A DNA stretch of 64,000 nucleotides from an uncultured Clostridia bacterium (GTDB lineage: Bacteria > Bacillota > Clostridia > Oscillospirales > CAG-272): assembly GCA_945929845.1 (NCBI GenBank), contig CAMEON010000001.1, forward strand, positions 134,374 through 198,373, given 5' to 3'. Below, piece after piece: positions 36,810-44,716 of this stretch; position 1 is the first letter of the stretch, and the number at the start of each line of letters is the position of its first letter. Below the pieces are notes generated by a model. The model ran no database searches and was not told where the DNA came from. It saw only the letters and a list, made by a program, of their open reading frames with translations. The translations under genes and the position numbers were made by a program.

Positions 36810-38129
36810 TTACTTGTCTTCCTCGTCCTTCTTTTCTTCCGGGCTGACAAGGACGGTGAGCTTTGTGACACGCATATCGTCCATTTCCGTGACGATGATG
36901 CAAAGATTCTCATAGGTAAAGCTGTCGCCCACCTTGGGGGCATCGTTCAGCATTTCCACAGACCAGCCACCCACCGTAGAGTACTCGCAGGTGAAGTCAT
37001 GGGCTTCGGCGTCGAAGTCTATCTCCGAGAAGAAGTCGTCAATGTTCATGTCCCCGTTGACCTCATAAATGTTGTCTCCGGTCTTGCTGATCATCTGGAC
37101 GATCTCATCCTCCTCGTCCCATATATCCCCCACCAGCTCCTCCAGAATGTCCTCCATGGTCACAATACCCAGGGTGCCGCCGTACTCATCCGTGACAATG
37201 ACCATATGCACCTTGCTTTCCCGCATGAGATTCAGGATAGCCGGAAGCTTCATGGACTTGTACACGAAGGGGGGAGGAAGAAGCAGGGAGCGAAGGTCGG
37301 GCTGGGCTTGCTCATTGCCTGACTCCCGGCAGTCTGCCAGTGCCTTATAGTACTTATTCAGAACCAGAATACCGATGATGTTGTCAATACTGTCTTCATA
37401 CACCGGGATACGGGTGTACCGGGAGGTCAGAATGGTGTCGGAGATGGCAGCCGGGTCGTCGTCGATGTCAATGGTCACAAGGTCTATGCGGGGGGTCAGG
37501 ATCTCCTCCGCTGTGGTATCGGGGAACTCAAGGGTGGACTGGAGAAGCTCGCTCTTGTCCTCATCGATCACGCCCTCCTCCTCGACCGTGTCAATGATGG
37601 TGGACAGGGCTTCCGCATCCACCAGGGAGTCCTTGTCCTTGCCCCATATGAGCTGGAACAGCTTGACAATGAGCATGACGATGGCCACCAGCGGGTAAAG
37701 CAGGATGGTCAGGATGCGCACCGGAACAGCCACCATCCGGACAAGCCGGTCTGCATGCTGACGGCCCAGGGTCTTGGGCACGATCTCACCGAAGATCAGG
37801 ATGATCAGTGTCATACCGGCCGTGGCAATAATGGCTGTCAGTGAGTCCAGCGTTTCCCCTGTGAAGTGCTTGCTCAGAAGGGATGCCACAAGAAGCGTAG
37901 CCGCAGAGGAAGCCGCAATGTTGACCAGGTTGTTACCGATCAGGATGGCGGACAGAGCCGTGGTGAAGTGCTCGCTGACATACCAGGCCAGCTTCGCTGT
38001 CCCGGCACCGGATTCGGCGGCTTTCTTCAGCCGCATTTTGTTGGAGGCGTTGAAGATGATCTCACTGCCGGAGAAAAAGGCTGAAAGGATCACACAGACA
38101 ACGATCAGCACCCAGTAAAGAGGATTCAT
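36810..38129 (-). CDS. CNNM/HlyC-CorC family transporter (DUF21-CBS-CorC_HlyC)
   Basis: N-terminal DUF21 (FFSGSEIIF), a CBS pair and a CorC C-terminal domain. There is a 4-nt overlap with the upstream paralog. Confidence 0.9.
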   Translation of the reverse strand: MNPLYWVLIVVCVILSAFFSGSEIIFNASNKMRLKKAAESGAGTAKLAWYVSEHFTTALSAILIGNNLVNIAASSAATLLVASLLSKHFTGETLDSLTAIIATAGMTLIILIFGEIVPKTLGRQHADRLVRMVAVPVRILTILLYPLVAIVMLIVKLFQLIWGKDKDSLVDAEALSTIIDTVEEEGVIDEDKSELLQSTLEFPDTTAEEILTPRIDLVTIDIDDDPAAISDTILTSRYTRIPVYEDSIDNIIGILVLNKYYKALADCRESGNEQAQPDLRSLLLPPPFVYKSMKLPAILNLMRESKVHMVIVTDEYGGTLGIVTMEDILEELVGDIWDEEDEIVQMISKTGDNIYEVNGDMNIDDFFSEIDFDAEAHDFTCEYSTVGGWSVEMLNDAPKVGDSFTYENLCIIVTEMDDMRVTKLTVLVSPEEKKDEEDK

Positions 38130-39655
38130 ACTCTGCTCACCTCCTTGCCGGTTTTGCTGTTTTTATCGCTCTTTTCGCTCTTTTCGCTCTTTTCGCTCTT
38201 TTCGCTCTTGTCGTTCTTGTCGTTCTTGTCCTTGTCGTTCATGTCTTTCTCGTCACTTCTGTCGCTCCGTCCATTGCGGTTCTTACCGGTCTTATCCTCC
38301 GCAGACTCTGTCTCTGGAGCCTCCGATGGATCGGAATCCTTGTCAGAAACCGCCTTGGCGTCATCCGCTTGCTTTGACAGTCCGGTATCCAACTGGATGA
38401 CCACATAGGACACCCGGTGTCCTTCCACGCTGTCCACAGTTACCTCCATATTCCGGTATGTAAAGGATTCTCCTTCCTCCGGGATATGGCGGAAGCTCTC
38501 AATGACCCAGGCAAGCACCGGCATCTTGGCCACACGGGGCTCAGGCGGCGGGCAGTTCATGCGGGCAAAAGCCTCGCCCACGGGCATATGGGTGTCCAAC
38601 CGGTAGCGGCTGCCGCCCAACTTGGTAAAGTTCTGGTCGATCTCATCCGACTCGTCCCAGATGTCGCCCACCAGTTCCTCCAGGAAGTCCTCGATGGTCA
38701 CGATGCCCAGCGTCTTGGACGGGCTGTCCTCCGTCTCATCCTCACGGACGACGGCCATGTAGAATTTATGCTGACGCATGGTGGTGAGCAGATCGTCGAT
38801 AAGAGCTGTCGGTTTGACAAAGAAGGCGGGGATCATCAGGGAGCGCACATCTACCGTTTGCTGTTTCAGGTACTCACGAAGAAAGGCACGGGTCTGAAGA
38901 TACCCGATGATGTGATCCATATCCCCCTCGTATACAGGCAAGCGGGAATGGTTGGAGCGGCGTACCAGCTCCAGAGTCTCGGAGACAGGAGCCGTGATGC
39001 TGACCGCCTGGATCTGATCCCGGGGCGTCATGACATTGGCCACAGTGGTGCCAGAGAATTGCATAGCAGACTTGAGCAGATCGCTCTGCTCCTCATCCAC
39101 GACACCCTCCTCCTCGGCGGTGTCAATGATGTCGATCAATTCGTCCTCCGTGATGGAGGGAGTCTCCTCGGCCTTGAAAAGGCGGGAGGTCAGGTTGGCA
39201 ATCCGGGTAAAGAGGGCTGAAAATGGAGTCAGAATCTTCATCAAAAAGCGAAGAATGGGGGACAGAGCCAGGGACATGGTCTCGCTCCGGTCATTGGCCA
39301 GAGCCTTGGGAATCATCTCGCCGAACAGGAATACCACAGCCGTCGCGCCAAGGGTGGAGATCAAATTCCGTGTTCCTTCTCCCAGATCCACAAAGAGTCG
39401 GGAAACCAAAAGGGTGGCTACAGCGGCGGCCGCAATGTTGGTGATATTGTTGCAGATCAGCAATGTGGTCAGTGCCTTTTCAAAGTGGTTGACCACATAC
39501 AGGGCGTGACGGGCTCGTTTGTTGCCTTCATCTGCCTTCTGCTTGACCCGTATTTTGTTCACGAGAGAGATGGCACTCTCTGTACACGAAAAAACTGCGC
39601 TCAGAAAAACCAGAATGATAAAAATGAGGATCAGCCGTTTACTGCCTCCGTCCAT
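38126..39655 (-). CDS. CNNM/HlyC-CorC family transporter paralog with a Lys/Asp/Ser/Glu-rich tail
   Basis: Same domain order as the downstream paralog. ATG at 39655 chosen, because the tracked TTG at 39667 abuts the RBS. About 90-aa low-complexity C-terminal tail. Confidence 0.85.
   Translation of the reverse strand: MDGGSKRLILIFIILVFLSAVFSCTESAISLVNKIRVKQKADEGNKRARHALYVVNHFEKALTTLLICNNITNIAAAAVATLLVSRLFVDLGEGTRNLISTLGATAVVFLFGEMIPKALANDRSETMSLALSPILRFLMKILTPFSALFTRIANLTSRLFKAEETPSITEDELIDIIDTAEEEGVVDEEQSDLLKSAMQFSGTTVANVMTPRDQIQAVSITAPVSETLELVRRSNHSRLPVYEGDMDHIIGYLQTRAFLREYLKQQTVDVRSLMIPAFFVKPTALIDDLLTTMRQHKFYMAVVREDETEDSPSKTLGIVTIEDFLEELVGDIWDESDEIDQNFTKLGGSRYRLDTHMPVGEAFARMNCPPPEPRVAKMPVLAWVIESFRHIPEEGESFTYRNMEVTVDSVEGHRVSYVVIQLDTGLSKQADDAKAVSDKDSDPSEAPETESAEDKTGKNRNGRSDRSDEKDMNDKDKNDKNDKSEKSEKSEKSEKSDKNSKTGKEVSRV
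38166..38240 (-). repeat. in-frame 9-nt tandem repeat (about 8 units) encoding (EKS)n/(DKN)n
   Basis: Plus strand TCGCTCTTT x4, then TCGCTCTTG and TCGTTCTTG x2, followed by degenerate units. Confidence 0.9.
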
Positions 39656-39750
39656 AAGGACTCTCAACTCCTTTTGTCAGGATAAATTGGGTATATGACC
39701 CTTCCTGCATGATCGTAAGCTCTTCCAGCATACGACAATAAACAGAATCT

Positions 39751-39779
39751 ATTATACCTGACAGCACTCCGTTTGTCAA
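39751..39779 (-). promoter_or_regulatory. sigma-A promoter, exact TTGACA-17-TATAAT, for the CNNM pair
   Basis: The minus strand reads TTGACA (39779-39774), a 17-nt spacer, then TATAAT (39756-39751). Confidence 0.75.
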
Positions 39780-39869
39780 GAACTTTTTGAACTTTCCTGA
39801 AAAAGGTTTGGGATCTGGTGGCTCAGTTCGTTACAGTTCACCTACTCCCCCACAGTGCACTCCCTTTTC

Positions 39870-39910
39870 CGCCGTAGAGCGGGGCGAGGGACCCCCGCGA
39901 AGGCGTTTTT
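39870..39910 (+). terminator. orphan terminator-like hairpin in a non-coding region
   Basis: CGCC-gtaga-GCGGGG-loop-CCCCGC-gaa-GGCG followed by TTTTT. There is no plus-strand CDS upstream. Confidence 0.45.
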
Positions 39911-39999
39911 GCTATTTCGGACAACAGTCACGCTGGTTCCTCTGGGAAAACGATAGCAAATATATGACAGAATAACGCTTCGAATCATACACAATACCT

Positions 40000-40148
40000 G
40001 TTTTGAAAGTTCTTGGGGGTCTGGGTTCAGAAGTTTGCCGTATGGCAAACTTCATGCAATTGCACTGCGTACAGTGCAATTGCTGTTCTTATCAAGAAGC
40101 CCCCAGGCGTTCTGCCGCACCCCATCTGAACTGTAACGTTCAGTTCAG
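40000..40148 (+). repeat. intergenic repeat family B, copy C (variant hairpins)
   Basis: GTTTTGAAAGT..GGGGGTCTGGG scaffold. The internal hairpin is replaced by two others: GAAGTTTGCC/GGCAAACTTC (40030-40053) and GCAATTGCACTG/CAGTGCAATTGC (40056-40083). These are followed by CCCCCAGGCGTTC and CTGAACTGTAAC. Confidence 0.6.
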
Positions 40149-40221
40149 TTACTCCTCACAAGAGAACACCGGGTACATACACACCCGGTGCCAGTCTATA
40201 AGCAATGGTTGTGTTGCTGAT

Positions 40222-40827
40222 TCAATGCCCCGATGCGGCGGCGAGCAGAATCAGTTCCACGCACCGATCAAAGCCCAAAAGGCCACTGTCCAGTGCCAGA
40301 TGGTAATTGGTACAGATGCCCCACTCCCTATCTGTATAGAAACGGTAGTAGTTCCGACGGCGGTTGTCCTTATCCCGCAGTCGCTGTTCGACAGGCTTGT
40401 CGGTGGCACCATACCGCTCCAGAACATGGGCTGCCCGGTGAGCCATATCCGCATGAATAAACACATGCAGACAGTCCCGGTGCTCCCGGAGGATGAAATC
40501 GGCACACCGTCCCACAATGACGCATGGCCCCTTGTCAGCCAGCTCCTGGATGACATGCGCCTGGGCATCATACAGCTTTTGATATATCGAAGGATAGCCA
40601 TAGGTTCCGGCGGCGCTCATAGCCAACTGATACAGGAAGCTGTTGGAGTGGGAGGCATACTCCTCATTCTCCCGAATGAATTCCTCCGACAGTCCGCTGT
40701 GACGGGCTACCTCTGTGATCAGTTGGTTGTCATAAAAGGGGACACCCATCCGCTGGGCAACGGCTTCTCCAATGCTGTGCCCCCCGCTTCCGAATTCACG
40801 ACTGACAGTAATGATCTTCTTCTCCAT
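40222..40827 (-). CDS. cytidylate kinase-like family protein
   Basis: IITVSREFGSGGHSIGEAVAQRMGVPFYD P-loop variant, typical of the cytidylate-kinase-like (Cytidylate_kin2) family. RBS GGAGG. Confidence 0.8.
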   Translation of the reverse strand: MEKKIITVSREFGSGGHSIGEAVAQRMGVPFYDNQLITEVARHSGLSEEFIRENEEYASHSNSFLYQLAMSAAGTYGYPSIYQKLYDAQAHVIQELADKGPCVIVGRCADFILREHRDCLHVFIHADMAHRAAHVLERYGATDKPVEQRLRDKDNRRRNYYRFYTDREWGICTNYHLALDSGLLGFDRCVELILLAAASGH

Positions 40828-40970
40828 TCGCTTGTCCTCCTTCCTTCCGATACAGATAGTATATCACAAAAATAAGGAAAATGCAAGAGTATTTTGTAAA
40901 CTTTGCCGAGAATCAGACAGAGGAGGGTTTCCCCCGTGTGCAGAGCGGCAACAGTCGCAAGTGGGAATTT

Positions 40971-41537
40971 TCATTGTACGGCCTCGCCCGGAGTCTGCGG
41001 TGTCATCCCGTCAGGAAAGGTAGCGGACAGCAGAGCAGCGTAGGCGGCAAAAGTGACAAATGGAGCATCCTCCGGATAGGTTAGTAGTTCCATATCCGTT
41101 CCGTAGATCCTTGCATGAACGCCCGTTTCACAAAGCCCCGCCGACAGGTAAAAAGCCTTGCGGCGTAGGCGTTGGGCATTGTTTTCACAGTCCGGCATGG
41201 GTGTTTCGATCTCAAGAAGCAGGTGCGCTCCGGGATGGGTGGCAATGCAGAAAGCACGAATCTGCGGCAGGACAGCATGACCGATCCCCTGACCCCGGAG
41301 GGAAGGGGAAACGGCCAGATAATCCAAAAGGGTGAATTGGGCATGGCTGACCAGGATGACAAGGCCCGCGACACTCTCTGTGTCGGTCTCAATGACCAAC
41401 AGGTCATAGGACGGGGACAGAGGTCCTTCAGTCATGAAGGAAAATTCTTTCCGCTCGCTGGCTGGGAAGGCGGCTTCGTAAAGGGCGAGGTATGGCTCAC
41501 TGTCAGCAGGGGTGTAAGGGCGTAGGCGGACGGACAT
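40971..41537 (-). CDS. GNAT family N-acetyltransferase
   Basis: LAVSPSLRGQGIGHAVL acetyl-CoA binding motif. RBS AAGGAG. Confidence 0.85.
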   Translation of the reverse strand: MSVRLRPYTPADSEPYLALYEAAFPASERKEFSFMTEGPLSPSYDLLVIETDTESVAGLVILVSHAQFTLLDYLAVSPSLRGQGIGHAVLPQIRAFCIATHPGAHLLLEIETPMPDCENNAQRLRRKAFYLSAGLCETGVHARIYGTDMELLTYPEDAPFVTFAAYAALLSATFPDGMTPQTPGEAVQ

Positions 41538-41597
41538 GGAAAACTCCTTTTCGTTGTATGCGTTTATTATTCAATGAATGACGGGGGGAGGTCGGTG

Positions 41598-42518
41598 TTA
41601 CCTCTTCCCGGGAAAGCGGGCGAACCACCGGAAGGTCAGCGGCCAGACCCCTCCGGCAAACAGCACCGTCAGGAAGTAGCGGAAGGTATGCGCCATCGGA
41701 TGTCCGGAAAATATCAGGTGAAAGAGCGGCTTTGTGCCCTCCATAATAAATAGCAGAAGGACGAACCCAGCCAGTAGCTTGACCGCCTGCCCCAAAAGCG
41801 GGGCCTTTGTGTCAAAGTGGATCAGGCGTTCATCCAGCACCCATATGACCCACAAGCCAAGCAGGGCACCCAAAAGGGAGTAGGCATTCTTCACCGCCTC
41901 CGCCAGATTGACAGGGTCAGTGTCGGCCGGAAAGGGGTAAAGGGTGCAAAAGAGCAGGAAGGAAAGACCCAGCACCGTGATGACCCCGCACACAGGAAGC
42001 ATCAGCCGGGGGGCGGTACCGTGCTTCTGGAACAGCGGCCAGAGAAGAAGGATCAGACAGAGCGCACACAGGGCCGCCGCCCCCACATCTGCCGGGGTAT
42101 GCACACCCAGGTACATCCGGGAGAAGGGAACCAGTACAGCCAGTACCAGGCACACAACCCGCAACCATGTCTCCCTGCGGCAGAGAGCCAGCCCGCCAAA
42201 GGTGCCCACGGCGATCTGGGTGTGCCCGCTGGGAAAGGAGTAGCCGGTAGCCCCCGCCCGGGCGGATTCCACAATGGTGAAGGACGGGTCACGAATCCAA
42301 GGGCGGGGAATGCGGCAGGCTATTTTCAGAAACTGGTTGATATAGGTTCCGGCAAAGCCGGTCAGCAGGATGAAGTAGCCCTGCCGTTTGTCTACGCACC
42401 AGAACATCAGCATCCCCAGAACCAGAAATATGATTTCACTGCCAAGGTTGGTGATGGCCTGCATGATGACATCCAGGACGGGGTTGCGGATGGACTCCAA
42501 AAAATATAATAGCTCCAT
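41598..42518 (-). CDS. PAP2 superfamily phosphatase (membrane)
   Basis: KIACRIPRP, PSGHT and SRMYLGVHTPADV signature motifs, plus additional C-terminal TM segments. Confidence 0.85.
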   Translation of the reverse strand: MELLYFLESIRNPVLDVIMQAITNLGSEIIFLVLGMLMFWCVDKRQGYFILLTGFAGTYINQFLKIACRIPRPWIRDPSFTIVESARAGATGYSFPSGHTQIAVGTFGGLALCRRETWLRVVCLVLAVLVPFSRMYLGVHTPADVGAAALCALCLILLLWPLFQKHGTAPRLMLPVCGVITVLGLSFLLFCTLYPFPADTDPVNLAEAVKNAYSLLGALLGLWVIWVLDERLIHFDTKAPLLGQAVKLLAGFVLLLFIMEGTKPLFHLIFSGHPMAHTFRYFLTVLFAGGVWPLTFRWFARFPGKR

Positions 42519-42556
42519 GGCGGCTCCTTATGTCAGGAAATATGCACTTGTCAGCT

Positions 42557-44023
42557 TCAGATGGAACCCCGCAACCTTTGATACAGCGCAGACACACGGG
42601 TACAGCGGGCAGAGAACTCCGCATAGTCCGACACCTTCTCCCGGTTCCAGGTGTTCTCCGACAGGGCAGGTACCCGCTCCTCGATGAGGCGCTGTTCCTC
42701 CCGGACACCCTCGGATACCACCGGGTAGGATGACATGATCTTATCACCCCAGGCCAGCAACTGTCCACCCTCTACCTGGTCGGTAGGCGGAATGACCAGA
42801 CCGGTCTTGATGTAGGGCGAACCGCCGTGCACCGGGTGCCAGGTGTACACATTCCAGTTGTATACCTCCTCAGGCGACCAGTGGACATCCGGCGTGACCA
42901 CATACATGGGCGACCAGGAGCAGTTCAACAGCCGGAAGCCGGCCTTCTGTAGAGACGGCGTGACCTGATAGAAGTTTTCCCAGCTCATGACCACTGTCTC
43001 GGCGGGGATCATATGGTTGACCGCCTCGCCGAACCCTTCCCATACCACGGGCGTCCTGCCGCAGGATAGCACCGCACCGGCCATCCGGGCGATGAAGGTG
43101 GCGTACATGATCTGGGCCAGGGTACTCTTCCCGTCTTGCTCTTTCAAAAGCCCGTCCACATCCACGCCCCGCTCACGGAAGGCAGACAGACACTTGGGGC
43201 AGGTCGTCCATTTCTCAATGGCGGCCTCGTCGCCGCCGATGTGTATGTAGGGAGATGCCGGGAACATACCGCATAGCTCCCGGAACAGGGCTTCCATGGC
43301 GGTCATGGAGGCTTCGTTTTGACAGATGATCCCGTCCGTCCCGAAAATATCCCCATAGCCCTCTGCAAAGGAGGTACAGTGCCCGGGCACATCGATCTCC
43401 GGCAGGAGAAGCACCTCCCGCTTGGCGGCATAAGCGACCAGCTGAGCGATCTGCTCCTCCGTGTAGCTTCGACCGGGGGTGGACAGCCTGGGAAAGGCCC
43501 GGGAGGGCAGGGTATAACTCTGGTCATCGGTGAAGTGCAGGTGCAGGGTTCGGATCTTGAAGAAACGGCACATATCCACATATTCCAGAAGGACAGGGAA
43601 TTCATGCCAATCTCTGGCCAGGTCGATCATGATTCCTCGCCAGCTACAGCCGGGCGCATCTTCTATTCGTCCGGCGGGGACAGTGAAGCAGGCTCCGCCC
43701 TCTGCCGGCTCCATGAGCTGGATCAGCGTGGCCACACCGTTCTGCAACCCCGTACCGTCGGAGGCTGTTACGGTGATGCCATCCGGCGTAACGGTTAAAC
43801 TGTAAGCCTCTTTCTCCAGCGTTGGGTCAAGGAAGAAAGAAACAGCCCCGGCCTCAGCAGTGGCAAAGTGGACTCCGTGGGTGCGGTACGCAAAGGCAGA
43901 CAGGGTATCGGCGGCATTGGCGCAGGCGGCAGAATGGCCGGATGGCAACGCACAGGTTGCGGGAAAAGTCAGTGTTTCATCGCAGAGGGAGACCAAGTGG
44001 GGATAAGGAATCAGGGGGAACAT
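42557..44023 (-). CDS. GH20 beta-N-acetylhexosaminidase-like, no signal peptide
   Basis: RGIMIDLARDW...LHLHFTDDQS...HIGGDEA GH20 catalytic-domain motifs. RBS AGGAGG. Confidence 0.8.
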   Translation of the reverse strand: MFPLIPYPHLVSLCDETLTFPATCALPSGHSAACANAADTLSAFAYRTHGVHFATAEAGAVSFFLDPTLEKEAYSLTVTPDGITVTASDGTGLQNGVATLIQLMEPAEGGACFTVPAGRIEDAPGCSWRGIMIDLARDWHEFPVLLEYVDMCRFFKIRTLHLHFTDDQSYTLPSRAFPRLSTPGRSYTEEQIAQLVAYAAKREVLLLPEIDVPGHCTSFAEGYGDIFGTDGIICQNEASMTAMEALFRELCGMFPASPYIHIGGDEAAIEKWTTCPKCLSAFRERGVDVDGLLKEQDGKSTLAQIMYATFIARMAGAVLSCGRTPVVWEGFGEAVNHMIPAETVVMSWENFYQVTPSLQKAGFRLLNCSWSPMYVVTPDVHWSPEEVYNWNVYTWHPVHGGSPYIKTGLVIPPTDQVEGGQLLAWGDKIMSSYPVVSEGVREEQRLIEERVPALSENTWNREKVSDYAEFSARCTRVSALYQRLRGSI

Positions 44024-44152
44024 GGGAAAGCCTCCTTTTTTTTATCTTATGTCAATCATTTGTGTGCGGCATGCATGCACGACAGCACATTGCCATTTTA
44101 CCACAGGGCACAGCTTATTTCATGGATTTTCTGTAAACATTCCGTGACCTCG

Positions 44153-44190
44153 CAAAAAGTCAAGGGGCCGCTACATGAAGCAACGGCCCC
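44153..44190 (-). terminator. candidate terminator after the SASP gene
   Basis: GGGGCCG (44164-44170) pairs with CGGCCCC (44184-44190). On the minus strand it is followed by TTGACTTTTT, so the T-run is offset. Confidence 0.4.
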
Positions 44191-44245
44191 CATCCGGTCA
44201 GCGATTCAATTGTCTGACGGTATAACGGTTTGCAGGTCAGCCGAA

Positions 44246-44443
44246 TTACTTACCCTGCAGGCTGGTCTCGTAAGACTGGATCATCTTCTTGACCATCTGT
44301 CCGCCAATAGAGCCGGCCTGACGGGAAGTCAGGTCGCCGTTGTAGCCCTGGTTCAGAGTGACGCCCACCTCGTTGGCGGCCTCCATCTTGAACTGCTCCA
44401 GTGCCTTCTTTGCTTCGGGAACAAGTGCCTTGTTGCTTGCCAT
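44246..44443 (-). CDS. alpha/beta-type small acid-soluble spore protein
   Basis: ALEQFKMEAANEVGV...GDLTSRQAGSIGGQMVKKMI is the canonical SASP signature. ATG at 44443 follows RBS AGAGGAG. Confidence 0.9.
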   Translation of the reverse strand: MASNKALVPEAKKALEQFKMEAANEVGVTLNQGYNGDLTSRQAGSIGGQMVKKMIQSYETSLQGK

Positions 44444-44716
44444 ATTCGTGACTCCTCTTTTGTTTTCCATCTATATCAACAATCCGACTCGGTGATCTGG
44501 CCGGAGAACGGACACAGCACGCCTCCGGTCATTCACCGATATATCATCGAGCCTGCGCCGCCAATGCCCAAAGCCTCCGGTACGCCGGCGGCACAGGACT
44601 TCGTCTGCGCTTGCTCTGGTATTATTGTGAACGCTTTTCTCTTTGTTATGAATGGGAAATTGTTCAAACAAACTAATGATTTTTCAGTGATGTCGGGAAT
44701 TGTCACGGCAAGAGCC

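Noticed and set aside
38145-38408. A regular short repeat array (LFSLFS... ORF on the plus strand) could be mistaken for a CRISPR-like array or minisatellite.
   Set aside because: The units are 9 nt with no spacers. They lie in frame inside the CNNM gene tail, so this is a coding tandem repeat rather than CRISPR. No cas genes are in the window.
39787-40048. Two small ORFs (39787-39975 plus strand, 39842-40048 minus strand) lie in the non-coding island.
   Set aside because: The plus-strand ORF runs straight through the terminator-like hairpin and the minus-strand one through the terminator hairpin and into repeat sequence. The plus-strand one uses a TTG start without an RBS. Neither has a recognisable motif.
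44444-44716. I searched the 273-nt region upstream of the SASP gene for a sigma-G promoter.
   Set aside because: I found only weak partial matches (for example GATATAG) at plausible spacing. None is good enough to annotate.
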